A stretch of DNA of 64,000 nucleotides from Octopus vulgaris (GCA_951406725.2 OX597823.1:81282001-81346000); one strand, 5' to 3'. Counted from the first letter of the stretch, positions 50,917 to 64,000 are shown. Numbers and translations are program-made. Notes: generated by a model from the sequence alone, not told the origin.

Positions 50917-51359
50917 AAGACACAGAGAGAGAGCGACATGCACGTGTGTATGTGTGTGTGTTTGCATATAGTAATGTAAGAGTGAAGTGCAGTCCATGAA
51001 ATTATGTCTCATGTCAAAAGACGATTTAACCGTTTGATAAATAACGATCAATAAAATAACCACTGAGGTCAATAGGAACGATTAGAAGGAAGAAGAAAAA
51101 AAAAACATGCTCTTGAATATGGTGCCACAGCGTAACCACAGTTCAATGAGTGAAAGCATTTAAAGAATAAGAGAATTCTATTTAATGACTGAAGCTTGTT
51201 AGTGTCTGAATATGAAGACGTTTTTAAGAACTGCCCAAACCTGTTGGCTTAGTTCATTGGTTATGAAATGTTACTGACCTTTTACATTTTAAGCTTCAAC
51301 ATTAACTTCTTAAATAGAAAGGAAAACAGCTCAATCCAGTAATATGTAAAATAGGACAA

Positions 51360-52100
51360 GGTCTTCCTTTCTTTCTATGTCTCTCTCCCTCTCTCTTTCT
51401 TTCTCTCTCTGTTTCTTTCTTTCTTTCTTTCTTTCCTTCTTTCTTTCTCCCTTTCTTTTGTTCTTTCTTTTTCTCTCTCTCTTTTCTTTCTTTCTTTCTT
51501 TCTTTCTTTCTCCCTTTGTTTCTTTTTTCTCCCATTCTTTCTTTCCTTTGTTCTTTCTTCCTTTCCTTCTTTGTTTTTCTTTCTCACTTTCTTCCATTCT
51601 TTCTTTCTCCTTTTCTTTCTTCCTTTCTTTCATACTTTCTTTCTCTCTTTCTTTCATTCTTTCATTCGTTCTTTCTTTCTCTCTCTTTCTTTTGTCCTTT
51701 CTTTCTTTTTCTTTCTTTTTATGTCTTTCTTTCTTTTGTGCTTTCTTTCTTTTTTATGTCTTTCTTTCTTTCTTTCTTTCTCTTTCTTTCATCCTTTCTT
51801 TCTTTTTATGTCTTTCTTTCTTTCTTTTGTCCTTTCTTTCTTTTTTATGTCTCTTCTTCTTTCATTCTTCTGCTCCTCACCCTCTCTTCTAAACCTTTCT
51901 TTTCCTCATTTTTTTCCTTGTTCTCTAGTCTGTCTATCCATCTAACTCTTCCCTTTCCCTCTCCCTCTCCTTCCCTTGCACCATTCTGTACAACTGCCTT
52001 TCTGTCTGTCTGTCTCTGTCTTTGTTTCTCTTTCTCTCCTGCATTTATTTCTTTTGCTATTTCTCTCTTGTTCTCCTGTCTGCTTCTCTATCTCTCTCTT
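51360..52100. repeat. (TTTC)n-rich polypyrimidine tract
   Basis: Direct inspection. Confidence 0.95.
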
Positions 52101-52924
52101 TCATATATCATCATCATCATCATCATCATCATCATTTCTATTCCTGTTTCTACATCTATTTCTATTTTGAAGATGTTTGACAACTATTTCTGGAATTTTT
52201 CTATATCCAAATCTAACACAATAGAAATTCACCAATAAATTTACAATACCTACCATCTTGTTAATGATGAAATACATTTAAGATCTAATTTATTTCCATA
52301 CTGAAAGAAATAAAACATATTAAAAGGTTTGGAATGTCTGAAATTACTGCTGCTTTCAAATTTTAATTTTAATGATTTTCTTTCCAGGTGGGGAAGCTAT
52401 GCATTCAACTCTTTTGCAAGACACCTGCTCCTACCCTTCTATCATACTTTCATATTCCTCACTCTATTCAGTTAAGGGGTCTCATCCTGTAAGTATTTGG
52501 TGGATTCACCTGTGCTGGTGCCACAAAATAGAGCAGCCAGTACACTCGCTAAAGTGGCTAGTGTTTGGAAGGACATCTAGTGGTTGAAGCCACACCAAGG
52601 CAGACTTTGGAGCTCATTGTAGCCCACTGGTTCATCAGCTGCTGTTGAACCATCCAACGGCATAGAAAAAGGAACATTGAATGATGATGACAATAGTGGT
52701 GTTCATGTTGTTGGTGTTGTTGGCGTCAGCGATGGTGGAGTCTTTTGAAAGGATTGAATGGCTAATCAATCCAACATGTTAACAGAGGTCAGAAGTTCAG
52801 AGTTCAATACAATTAGTGTATTGTGTTCACTGAGCAAGACTTTGAATTCTACATTATCTCAGTTTTTTTTTATATATGTTTATATACTATTGAATAAATG
52901 AATATGACAAGAAAAAAACAATGA

Positions 52925-53650
52925 AAACATGCGAGGAGGAACTTTTTAGCTAAAATCCCTTGACCAAACCTTGTCCAAGAGATTTCCAATTTGGTTAATC
53001 CTTTGAAGACATTTTAAAACTTTTCTTCATTGATCTCTTTTTCTTAGTTTTGGCAAATCTATGTTATTTGTCTATTTTTTTTAACCATTCTGCATTGCCT
53101 TTGTGTTTCACTTATTGGCTCTAAATAACTCTCCAGAATTCCTTTGTCACTTCCTAGTTAGGTGGTACATTCACTGTTACATCTCTCCATTTAGTTCCTT
53201 GTAGGATCTAACTTGATCTGTTTTGAACAACTTATTTTGTCTAAACTGTTCAATTCTGTTATTGTATCTTTTGATCTTGGCAACTTTGGCCTTTATCCTT
53301 TAGTTTAGTTCTTCTATTTCTCTCATATATCTTTTTTGATTTCTTTATGGAATCTAGTTACTATCTTACCCTTGTTGCTAAGAATCTCTACTCTTGCAAG
53401 GTCTTTTTGCAGCTGGTCTACAGTTGGGTAGTAAACCTAAGCTTTTGTTCAAACTGGACTTGGTTGTGTTCTGTAGAGTCCATTCTGCTGCAAGTATAGC
53501 AGATAGCTTCTTTAGATTTGAACTTTGAACATCTAGGTTTAAAGTTAAATCCACTTGTGATTAGCATTACCATGTTTGCTCATGTTGATCAGCACTAACT
53601 GTGGTATATCCTTGAACTTTATCAAAACACCAAATTACATTTTCCCTCAT
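52925..53650 (-). mobile_element. R4/Dong-clade LINE ORF relic (pre-RT region)
   Basis: IEELN*RIKAKVAKIKRYNNRIEQFRQNKLFKTDQVRSYKELNG..KEFWRVI*S..KHKGNAEWL..NWKSLGQGLVKGF*LK, the typical R4/Dong N-terminal block. Confidence 0.75.
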
Positions 53651-54184
53651 TAATCATTTTTTAATGTCTGCTTTGATAGGAATTGTCAGACATAAGAAAA
53701 AAGGTATAATTTTCAAGGCTAAATGTCTCAAGAAACATTTTATAACATTTTAGCAAATCTATAAAAATTCTAGAACTTCACTCTCTTGAAGGTCTTTTCT
53801 TATTGTGACCACAAGCTGTCTCTTGGCCAGTATTAATAAGATGTATGTATCTCAGCTTTTAATTGTATCTGGTAATTTATTATCTTTATTTCACACACTT
53901 TAATTAAAAAAGTATCCAACAAATTGTAAATTATGAAGATAGTTCCTTTTTCTCAACTTTTCCTTATATCTTCTTCAACTTTCAAACTTCATCAAGTTAA
54001 TATGTTATTCTTGGACCAGAGATCTCTTCTCTGGTCCAAGAATAACACAGCCATTCAGTGTGCTGCTTTCTTCCGCAGCTTTCCTTGTGCTCTAAGTTCA
54101 AATCATATCAAGGTCAACTTTATCTTTCATTCTTTCAGAGTCAATAGAATAAAATGTCATTCAATATAAGTTCAAACATAGTTG

Positions 54185-54555
54185 TCTAGTAAGAAGTTTG
54201 CTTCTCAACTACATTGTTTTAGGTTTAGCCCCATTGCGTGGTACTTTCTGCAAGTTTCTTCTACTGTACCCCTGGGCCAACCAAAACCTTGTGAGTGGAT
54301 TTGGTTGACAGAAACTGAAAGAAGCCTACTGTATGTGTGTGTGTACTTAAGTGTCTTTGTGTGTGTGTATTGTCCCCACCACTTGACAAGTGTTGGTTTG
54401 TTTATGTCCTCTTAACTTAAAGGCTTGGCAAATGAGACTGGCAGAATAAGTACTAGGATTAGAAAACTACTGGGGGTGATTTGTTCAGCTTAAATCTTTA
54501 AGGTGGTGCTCCAGCATGGCCTCTGTCCCATGACTGAAAGAAGTAAAAAGATGAA
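54185..54555 (+). mobile_element. SINE family A, diverged
   Basis: Collinear with family A. Confidence 0.8.
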
Positions 54556-54849
54556 AAGCAAGAAGGTAGGGATTAAGTGGTGGATTCGTTAGTGCATCAA
54601 ATTAGTTGTTTTGTAGTATTTGTTCTGGTTCTTTGTATTCTGACTTCTAGGGTAGTAAATTTAATGCACCTCTCAATTTGACACCTCCACCTGGTCCTTG
54701 AGAGCCCTTAGTGAATTTCATTCTGTTGCAAACATTGGCACACATCTCTGGTTTGAGGATAGCTTTCTGTGTTCCTCCCACCTGTCTTGGAGACACTGAT
54801 AAAATTTAAAGATTCATGGGAACTTCTGCAACTAAATGGTACTCTTTCT

Positions 54850-55322
54850 GTTACAATGATGAGTGTTCCAGTTGATTTGATCTACAAAACAGCCCACTCA
54901 AGAAATTGATGGGAATTGGCTGAGCATTCCACAGACATGTGTACCCTTAACTTAGTTCTGAATGAGATTCAGGCTGACACAGAATGTGACAAGTCTGACC
55001 CTTTCAAATACAGGTACTATGTATTTTTGTCAGCTGAGTAGACTGGAGCAATGTGAAATAAAGTGTCTTGCTCAAGGACACAATGCATGGCTAAGAATCT
55101 GTTGTGTGGATGCCCCCAGATGATGAAGTAGGCTAGCCCAATATGTAGATATAGAGGGAGAAGTCTAGACATCAAGGTAGACTAGAAGAGAGTCGAGTGG
55201 ATTAGCGGTGAGAGTAGAGTAGCGAAGAGTTGAGTAGAAGGCATCCGAATGTGCAGCATAACAGAATCAAACCTCTGATCTTACATTTGTGATCTGAACA
55301 TCCTAACCAGTAACCCATGTGT
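54850..55322 (-). mobile_element. SINE family C interrupted by a mini-LTR
   Basis: Collinear with 41821-42145 once 55100-55263 is removed. Confidence 0.8.
55100..55263. mobile_element. 164-bp LTR-like insertion (TGTT...AACA, 5-bp TSD)
   Basis: TSD gaatc at 55095-55099 and 55264-55268; termini TGTTGTG and CATAACA. Confidence 0.75.
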
Positions 55323-55606
55323 ATTTACGACTCAATGATAAATATATAAAAGGGCTCCTGTTTGTTAGAAAGTAGTAGTAGTACTCTAAAAGAGACCATT
55401 AGATATGACAAGAACCTGGCTTATGATTAATAACTTGAAATACTACCTATCCTATTTGCTGGCTGATCCACTCAGAACCATTAATCTTCAGCTAGGCAAT
55501 TGCTGTGATGTTAGCAGTAATCCATCTATTGAGCTTTCTTCCTCTTTTTGACCCATCTGTCTTAGAGATCCTACAAAGGCTATGGGTACTGCATGTATTC
55601 TGTTAA

Positions 55607-56702
55607 CCCTTTTGCATTCAGATTTCTCTGTCAAATGTAATTAATGGTTATTTATTCGCGTTATTTTAAATCAATTATGTGTTATTTTGTAGCAACAATA
55701 TTTCAATGATGAAAGGAGGTGAGCTGGCAGAATCATTAACATGTTGGGCAAAATACTTAGTGGCATTTCACCCGTCTTTACGCTCTGAGTTCAAATGCCA
55801 CTGGGGTTGACCTTGCCTTTCATCCTTTCAGGGTCAATGAAATAAGTACCAGTTGAGTACTGGGATCAATGTAATCGACTTAACCCCTCTTCGAAATTGC
55901 TGGTCTTGTGCCAAAATTTGACAACAGTATTTCAATGATGTGGTTGTTTATTTTTAGAATGACATTGTAGGGTAAGTGTGAGAGGCATGATTTAGCTGAT
56001 ATGAACATAAAACAGGTGGCATATTTGGGCTGGATATAAGGTGGTGAGCTGGCAGAAATGTTAGCATGCTGGGCAAAATGCTTAGAGGTATTTCGTCTGT
56101 CTTTGTGTTCTGAGTTCAAATTCCGCTGAGGTTGACTTTGCCTCTCATCATTTCAGGGTCAATAAATTAAGTACCAGTTGCATACTGGGATCGATCTAAT
56201 TGACTGGTCCCCACCCCACAATTTCAGACCTTGTGCTTAGAGTAGAAAAGAGTATTTGTGACTTATTTAAAGGCAGTGAGCACACGTTAGCACACCGGGC
56301 AAAATGTGTATCCGTATTTCGTCTGTCTTTACGTACTCAGGTCAAATTCCGCCGAGCTTGACTTTTCCTTTCATCCTTTCGGGGTCGATTAAATAAGTAC
56401 CAGTTATGCACTGGGATCAATATAATCGACTTAATCTGTTTGTCTGTCCTTGTTTGTCCACTCTGTGTTTAGTCCCTTGTGGGTAGTAAAGAAATAGGTA
56501 TTTTGTCAGCCACTACATTCTGAATTCAAATTCTGCCAAGGTCTACTTTGCCTTTCATTTTTTCAGGGCTGATAAATTAAGTACCATTTGCATACTGCGG
56601 TCAATCTAATTGACTGGCCCCCCTCCCTCCAAATTTTGGGCCTTGTGCCTAGAGTAGAAAAGAATATTTGGGCTGGATAAAGCTAGTTTAAATGTTAAAG
56701 TG
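55607..56702. mobile_element. piggyBac-type MITE filled with family D SINEs
   Basis: TTAA|CCCTTTTGCATT at left and AAATGTTAAAGTG|TTAA at right; D copies at 55713-55925 (TSD tatttcaatgatg) and 56038-56663 (TSD atatttgggctggata). Confidence 0.65.
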
Positions 56703-57169
56703 TTAAAGTAAATAAAAAGAAAAATAAATAAATACTGCAAGCGTATTTTCACATAAACAAGCTGTACTATCATCTTAACATGGCTCTTACCAGTTATATT
56801 CAATAAATAGGTCGGTATTCTATCCACTGTAGGAAAGCAACGTATCTTACCTGCTTAAGGAGCAAGCTTTTGCTCTTTCAGACATCATTAGTTCTTTGCT
56901 TGTTTTTAATAACAATTTACTGTGTTTCTAATCATTTTATGTTTCCTGAAGAAGAATACAATTAATTGTAGATTATTTCCAAAAGCCTCTCTCCACGACA
57001 CCCAACCACTGATCTTTTATGAAAAATGGCCTTGGGAGAATTTTTGCATTGAATGATAAGCTTGCCGAATTAGTCCTGGTATATCAGTAATTGGAAATTG
57101 GAAATTACAAAAGACATTGTCATAGAGACATTGTCTGGTAATTAGTTCTGCTGTCTTCTGTGAAGTGTA

Positions 57170-57742
57170 ACCAGCCAAGTCTACCAGCTAGTTAGTGAAC
57201 CAGCCAACCAGTGAAACAGCTCTCCAGCCATTCAGCCAAGTCAGATAAGGGCAGCCAACCAGTAAACTGGCTAGACATCCAATCAGTGGCCAGCTATCCA
57301 GCCATCTAGCCAGTCAGCGAGCCAGCCAGCCAGCCATCTAGTCAGCCATCCATCCATCCAGCCAGTCAGCGAGCCAGCCAACCAACTAACCAACCAACCA
57401 ACCAACCAACCAACCAACCAACCAACCAACCAACCAACCAACCAACTAACCAACCAACCAGCGAACCAACCAGCTAGCCAACCAGCCAACTATCATGCCA
57501 GCCAGTTAACTCACCAGCCAGCCACTCAGCCAGGGAATTTCTATGTGGTCACTCAGCAGCGAAATCTTCAAATGACACCCTACACATAGAATGATGTAGT
57601 CCTTGATACACTATGCCAGAAAATAAGATGGGATGATTATAGATGGAATACCTTTGATCATAGGTCAGCTTGATCAGAGTTGGCCTAGGGCTGAACACCA
57701 GCCAGCCATTCTGCCATCCATCCAACCAACAAACCAGCTGGC

Positions 57743-57776
<34 letters not shown>

Positions 57777-57810
57777 ACCAACAAACCAGCTGGCCAACCA
57801 GCCAGCCAGA
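57170..57810. repeat. (CCAG/CCAA)n microsatellite interrupted by a SINE tail fragment (about 57550-57700)
   Basis: Direct inspection. Confidence 0.85.
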
Positions 57811-57949
57811 AATATCTGAAGCTGTCTTGAAACTAATTATGAAATTAATTATGGTAGGTGCAGGAGTGTTTTCATTTCCCTACCCACCTCCAATTCCTCT
57901 GCTATGATCATTGTAAGCTTTACCTCTTTGCTTCTCGTTATGATCACCA

Positions 57950-58505
57950 TAAGCATCGTCACTGCCTCAGCCACCACCACTAACACATTTACTCTCATCA
58001 CCACCATCATCATCACTACCACCAGCACCTGCATAATAATCCCCACATCAGCACCCTCTCTAACCACCACCATCATTACCAGTACTACTGCTACCAACAC
58101 CCTTAGCTCTGAAGCATCATTATTAGTCCTGTTACCAGCAGGAGTACTAGTGCCTTTATTAGTACTACTATGAGCACCAACACTAGTATCCATACCACCA
58201 CCACCACTATCACCACCAACAACAACAACCACCACCACTATCACCAACCACCACCACAAACCACCATTGCTGTCACCACCACCACCATCACCACTACCAC
58301 CATCATCACCACCACCATCACTACCATAACCACCACCACCATTACCACCACTACCATCACTACTGTTACCACTGCTGCTACCAGCAGCAGCAACACTACC
58401 ACCACCACCACTACTACCACCAATATTGTCACCACCACCACCAACACCATCACTACTATCACTACCACTACTGTTACTACCATCACCAACACTATCACTA
58501 GCACC

Positions 58506-58536
<31 letters not shown>

Positions 58537-58720
58537 CCACCCACCACCACCACCACCACTGCGACCATCATCATCACCAGTAGCACTCACATTTACCACC
58601 ACTCATATAATTACCGCTGCCATCTCTAGTACCATTATCACTATATCACTAGCAGCATTACAACAAACATTACCATTCCTACCAACACTACAACCATCGC
58701 TACAAACACCACTTCTATCA
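57950..58720. repeat. Degenerate (ACC/ACT/ATC)n trinucleotide repeat
   Basis: Direct inspection. Confidence 0.9.
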
Positions 58721-59216
58721 ACGATAACGTTAACCGTGTTGAACCTAGAACTGCTCACACAGTCTGCTAGAAAGAACAACTAAATCTCCTCCAAATCACT
58801 GTCTTAGCAAAAGTACACATCACATGAATAATTAGTCCTGGACACACCCCATACTGTTTAAGAAAGGATGTTGGGATGGTCATAGTTGGAATGCTTTTGC
58901 TCATAGCAATTAGTTTAGGATTTGATAGGTCACTAGCAGATAACTGATTAACAGCAACAAGACTATATCAATGCAGTCCAATCCTTCCTTCCCTGAATTG
59001 CAACCCCCACTGGAACTCACAACTGATTATGTCTTTATTACAGGTGTCATTCTACAGTACTGCAGTGATCTACCTGACCTTTGGCTGTCTGCAGAAGTTT
59101 GGTGGGTACTAATCCTGCTATTGGTAACATGTAACACAATGCCACCTGTTACATGGTTGGGTTGTCAATGACTGACAACCCTAACAAGCTTCCTTGGTGA
59201 GGAAAGGGTTTAATGG

Positions 59217-59225
59217 ACATCATCG

Positions 59226-59258
<33 letters not shown>

Positions 59259-59265
59259 CCACCAC

Positions 59266-59352
<87 letters not shown>

Positions 59353-59540
59353 AGTCATCATCATCATCATTTAATGTCCGTTTTCCATGCTAGTATGGGG
59401 TTGGATGGTTTAACAGAAGTTGGTCAGCTGGGGTAATTGCTGAGGTTCCAAATGGACATTAGGATGCTGTCAACCACTTTACAGAGCATACTGGGCACAT
59501 TCTATGTGATACTGACACAAGTGCTGTTTATATGGCACCA
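59217..59540 (-). mobile_element. RTE 3'UTR with expanded (CAT)n tail
   Basis: About 150-bp (CAT)n then ttaatgtccgttttccatgct. Confidence 0.8.
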
Positions 59541-60170
59541 GCATGATAAAAAAGTAAATCCTGATAAAGTGCAGAAGAACTCAGGAGAGTCAATGGTCAT
59601 CCAGTATTGCATACACATCTATTTATTGAGAATGTGTGTGTGTGTGTGTGTGGTGAGGTGTTGGATTGTTTGTGTGGGTGTGTGCATGAGTGTATAGCCA
59701 AAAATTTAGATGTATAACTAAAAAGAAAAAAAAAGGTAGAACTGAAAAGGGAAGAAAAAGAGGTGGTTGCCTTGTATATAGAAAGATTGAAGGAGTGAAA
59801 GGAAGTTACAAGGGTGAGATGGTGAATCAGGAAAATCACCCCAGAATGTAGGTCTTGTGAGACACATTTTTGTAATCAGCAATTAAAAAGATGAATAATA
59901 TGACCAAATCGAGCACCAGTGTTGGGTGTGGAAGTAGATTGTACTATGAATACCAACTGGCTGGGATTGGTTGTTCAACCACATTGAAGGATGAATGAAT
60001 GAAACAGATAACATGAAAATCAGGAAAGAATCTCTCCCTATTAAACCCTTCTCCTATCATTAAGATAAGCTGACATAGGAACCTGTATCCAAAAGGATAC
60101 AGACAACAAACTTCTGTTAGTTGTCTGCTATCATATTATCTCTGCCAGTTTTAACACTATGGTTGAGCAA

Positions 60171-60171
<1 letters not shown>

Positions 60172-60205
<34 letters not shown>

Positions 60206-60390
60206 CATCATTGTTTAATATTCATTTTCCATGTTGCCATGGGTTTGATTTGTTTGACAAGAACTGGCAAGCTGGAGAGCTACACCAGGCTCCACTTGTC
60301 TGTTTTGGCATGGTTTCTACAGCTGGATGCCCTTCCTAATGTCAACCATTTTACAGAGTGTGCTGGGCGCTTTTGACATGGCACCAGCGT
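60172..60390 (-). mobile_element. RTE 3'UTR fragment
   Basis: (CAT)n and ctacagctggatgcccttcctaa. Confidence 0.8.
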
Positions 60391-60806
60391 GGGTGCCAAT
60401 AATGATAAAAGAAGTGAAAGAGGACAAGTGTGTGTGTTTATTATTGACATTATGGCTCTCACAAGATACAGCAAATTATATTTCACAACACAGGTTCTCA
60501 TCAAAAATCATGCTAACCAAATACAAATGCAAAAAAAAAAAACTGAAAATCTCTACAATTTATCTACAATCTCATAAAAGAAGTACTCCATAAAATACGC
60601 TATAGGAAATTTAGCGAGAGATGTCATGACAGGATTATTTAACATCATCCAGTAGAAAATTTCTTTGTGCCTCTATTAAAACAGAGGATAACATTTGAGC
60701 CAGTTTAAACCTGCTTTACCACCTCACATTAATTTACTTAGCAAGTCATCAACATAAAACCAACTAATTTGATAGAATATATTAATGCTGAATATAAAGT
60801 TGGCAA

Positions 60807-60969
60807 GGTGCAGGAGTGGCTGTGTGGTAAGTAGCTTGCTTACCAACCACATAGTTCTGGGTTCTGTCTCACTGCGTGGCACCTTGGGCAAGTGTCTTCT
60901 ACTATACCTTCGGGCTGACCAAAGCCTTGTGAGTGGATTTGGTAGATGGAAACTGAAAGAAGCCCGTTG

Positions 60970-61020
<51 letters not shown>

Positions 61021-61192
61021 ATGTATGTTTGTGTGTCTGTGTTTGTCCCCCCAGCATCGCTTGACAACCGATGCTGGTGTGTTTATGTCCCCGTAACTTA
61101 GCGGTTCAGCAAAAAAGACCGATAGACTAAGTTCGACTAAAGGGTGTGCTCCAGCATGGCCGCAGTCAAATGACTGAAACAAGTAAAAGAGT
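60807..61192 (+). mobile_element. SINE family A, full length
   Basis: Complete head to tail with a small internal deletion. Confidence 0.9.
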
Positions 61193-61242
61193 AAGGCAAT
61201 AGAAGCACCAACCAAATTTTTTATTGCATTTACTTTTGTTCT

Positions 61243-61508
61243 GGAGACACATGGCCTAGTGGTTAGAGCAGGGGATTTACGGCTGAGTGATCACGGGTTC
61301 GAATCTCAGATTGGGCGATGTGTGTGTTTATGAGTGAAACACCTAAACTCCACGTGGCTCTGGCAGAAGGTAATGGCGAACTTCTGCTGACTCTTTCGCC
61401 ACAACTTTCTCTCAATCTTTCCTCCTGCATCTCGCAGCTCACCTGCGCCAAGGAAACCGGGAAACCGGCCCTATGAGCCAGGTGTGGCTCAAGAAGGAAC
61501 AAACAAAA
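61243..61508 (+). mobile_element. B-related SINE with a third tail type
   Basis: A box tggcctagtgg, B box ggttcgaatc, body aaacacctaa..ctccacg.ggct..actctttc.ccacaactttctctca, tail gaaaccggccctatgagcc..ggctcaagaagg. Confidence 0.8.
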
Positions 61509-61524
61509 GCTTTTGTTCTGGCAG

Positions 61525-61732
61525 CAAGCTGGCAGAATTGTGAGCTTGCTGCACAAAGTACTTTGCAGCATTTCGTCTGCCTTTACATTCTGAGTTCAGA
61601 TTTCACCAAGGTCAACTTTGCCATTCATCTTTTTAGGATCTATGAAATATGCACCAGACAAGCCAGGTGGGAAGTTTAATTGACTAGGCTCCTTCCCCCA
61701 ATTTTCAGGCCTTGTGCCTATTGTAGAAAGGA
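61525..61732 (+). mobile_element. SINE family D, diverged
   Basis: gctggcagaa head, Nin-like core, tail ccttgtgccta.tgtagaaa. Confidence 0.75.
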
Positions 61733-61884
61733 TTACTTTTACTTTTGTCTTTCAAATTTGAGAGTTTGAAATCTATCGTCAGAGCTCTCTATTTTGGCTC
61801 AAGATCAGACCAGAAGAGATTTTTCTAGAGATACCATTTGTATAGCAAAGGTGGCTATGTTCTTTAGTAAGGTACTATTAGCAG

Positions 61885-61935
61885 TGTGTGTGTGTAATTA
61901 CATGTTTGTACCATTGTGTAACTGTGCATTTGTTG

Positions 61936-61966
<31 letters not shown>

Positions 61967-62665
61967 CTGGGCATTAGTGTATGTGCAGGTATGTGTGTGC
62001 CTTTGTGACTGTGTGTGTATCTATGCATCAGAGTGTGCGTGCATGTATGTGGGTATGTGAGACAGTGTGTGTATTTGTATGTGTGTATATATATATGTGT
62101 GTGTGCATGTGTGACTGTATATCTGTACATCTGTAAATGTATGTATGTGTATGTGCGTGTATCTGTGTGTGTACATCTGTGTAACTATGAGTGTTAGTGT
62201 GTGCGTGCATGTATAATTACATGTTTGTGCCTTTGTGTACCTGTGCATTTATTGCCTCTGTGTGTGTGTGTATCTGGGCATCAGTGTGTGTGCATGTATG
62301 TGTGTGTCTGTGCAACTGTGAGTGTGTATCTATGAATCAGTGTGTGCATGCATGTATGTGGGTATGTGAGGGTGTGTGTATTTGTATGTGTGTATATATA
62401 TATGTATGTGTGTTATTGTATATCTGTACACCTGTAAATGTATGTATGTGTATGTGCGTGTATCTGTGTGTGTGTGAGTATCTATGCATCAGTGTATGTA
62501 TGCATGTATATATGTATGTGAAAGTGTGTGTATTTGTATGTATGTATATATATATGTGTGCATGTGTGACTGTATATCTGTACATCTGTAAATGTATGTA
62601 TGTGTATGTCTGTGTATCTGTGTGTGTGCATCTCTGGAACTGAGTGTGAGTGTGTGTGCGTGCGT
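61885..62665. repeat. TG-rich low-complexity region with an about 319-bp duplicated unit
   Basis: aattacatgtttgt at 61896 and 62215. Confidence 0.8.
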
Positions 62666-63178
62666 GTTTTATTACACCTAATTCCAGTTGCGTCACACCT
62701 ATAACTTTGTGAAATTCTTCAATGAATTAATCAAGAAAGTTTGAGAGAATGTAGGACTTCTCACAATCTAGAAATAGGAAATTGGAACCAACAGAAGACA
62801 CAGAAATTTAAAGTCATTTCTCTTCTGCTGATTAGGAAAGAGACCTCCTTCTTCACTTAACTCCCACAACTATTTATCTTACTAACACAAATACCATTTT
62901 GGAGAGAAATGACCTTTTCCTGGTTGGCACCTGTTCTATGCATCCTACACAGAAATAAAAGCTATATCAAAGGCATAATGATGGCTGTGCTTACCAACCA
63001 CATGGTTTTGAGTTCAGTCCCACAACATGGTACCTTGGTCAAATGTCTTCTATTTTAGCTCCAGGCTGACCAAAGCCTTATGAGTAGATTTGGTAGAAGA
63101 AAATATGAAGAATCCTGTTTTATATATGTATATTACATTTATATGTATATGTGTACATGTGTATGCATGTATATATAT

Positions 63179-63232
<54 letters not shown>

Positions 63233-63233
<1 letters not shown>

Positions 63234-63490
63234 TCATCATCATCATCATTTAACGTCCGTTTTCCGTGCTAGCATGGGTTGGGCGGTTTGACCGGGTCTG
63301 GGAAGCCAGGAGGCTGCACCAGGCTCCAGTCTGATCTGGCAGTGTTTCTACAGCTGGATGCCCTCCCTAATGCCAACCACTCCGTGAGTGTAGTGGGTGT
63401 TTTTTATGTGCCAGCGGCACAGGTGCCAGAGGAGGCTGACAGTGGCTACATTCGGATGGTGCTTTTTACGTGCCACCGGTACAGGTATCA
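63233..63490 (-). mobile_element. RTE 3'UTR fragment
   Basis: (CAT)n and conserved 3'UTR. Confidence 0.85.
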
Positions 63491-63575
63491 CAACTCCAAT
63501 TTTTCCATTTGATATTTATTTTGATGTTCATGTACTTGACTCAATAGGTCTCCTCAAGCACAGCAGGTCACCCTA

Positions 63576-63760
63576 CTCTTTTACTTGTTTCAGTCATTTG
63601 ACTGCTGCCATGCTGGAGCACTGCCTTTAGTCAAACAAAGGATGTATTCTTTGTAAGCCTAGTACTTATCCTATCAGTCTCTTTTGTCGAGCTTCTAAGT
63701 TTTGGGGACATGAACACACCAACATTGTCAAGCAATGGAGGGGGAACAAACACACACACA
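63576..63760 (-). mobile_element. SINE family A, 3' half
   Basis: ctcttttacttgtttcagtcatttgactg.. Confidence 0.85.
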
Positions 63761-64000
63761 CCATCCACTGCACAGAGTGTTCTGAGTGCTTTATACAAGG
63801 AACCAGCATGAGTGCTTTATATGCGACAGCAGCACAGGTCTGTGTGTGAGTGTGCATGCACACACACGTGCATGTATGCCTTTGTGCCTGCTCCTACCTC
63901 ACCACTTTATGAACAGTATAGGCTTATTTACATCCCTATCACTTAACAGTTAAGCAGTACACTTTTCCATGCTAGTAGGGGTTAAACAGAATTCATTAAG

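Noticed and set aside
52372-52500. Apparent exon (tttccag|g...gtaagt)
   Set aside because: Internal sequence matches the RTE 3'UTR variant seen at about 34715-34860
56940-56990. CTGAAGAAG hammerhead-like motif
   Set aside because: No GAAA box and no stem I or stem III pairing found
57849-58629. Gly-rich or Thr-rich mucin-like ORFs
   Set aside because: Degenerate trinucleotide repeat open in several frames on both strands; no splice or domain evidence
59194-59436. Poly-His and poly-Met ORFs
   Set aside because: Translation of the expanded (CAT)n tail of an RTE LINE
59800-60000. LINE endonuclease relic on the minus strand (QLV..LDLV..DH)
   Set aside because: Too degenerate to call by eye

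Overview
Eukaryotic, AT-rich, microsatellite-saturated intergenic or intronic DNA. The SINE/LINE repertoire suggests a coleoid cephalopod, most likely Octopus (inference). I could not support any host protein-coding gene; almost all ORF-track entries are microsatellite or repeat translations. The window is a transposon graveyard. It holds at least four tRNA-headed SINE families (A: CORE-like; B and C: Arg-like or Meta-like heads with swappable tails; D: Nin/Deu-domain). LINE relics come from the CR1/L2, RTE, R4/Dong and Penelope groups. There is a 1,018-bp solo LTR (4-bp TSD) and a 164-bp mini-LTR (5-bp TSD). DNA elements include DD37D Tc1/mariner relics, a mariner MITE, a piggyBac-type MITE, hAT relics, Helitrons (one RepHel fragment) and a Helentron/HINE. 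The most interesting unannotated signal is a set of short (TA)n-embedded fold-back and tandem elements carrying minimal type-I hammerhead ribozyme motifs from at least three sequence families. One copy (34476-34527) has an intact catalytic core, consistent with a Penelope pLTR or retrozyme system. Also notable are RTE LINE ends with three tandem C2H2 fingers, a LINE/SINE shared 3' hairpin with compensatory changes, and repeated use of identical SINE target sites and junctions. All alignments and translations were done by eye; degenerate-element boundaries are approximate (about 5-20 bp).
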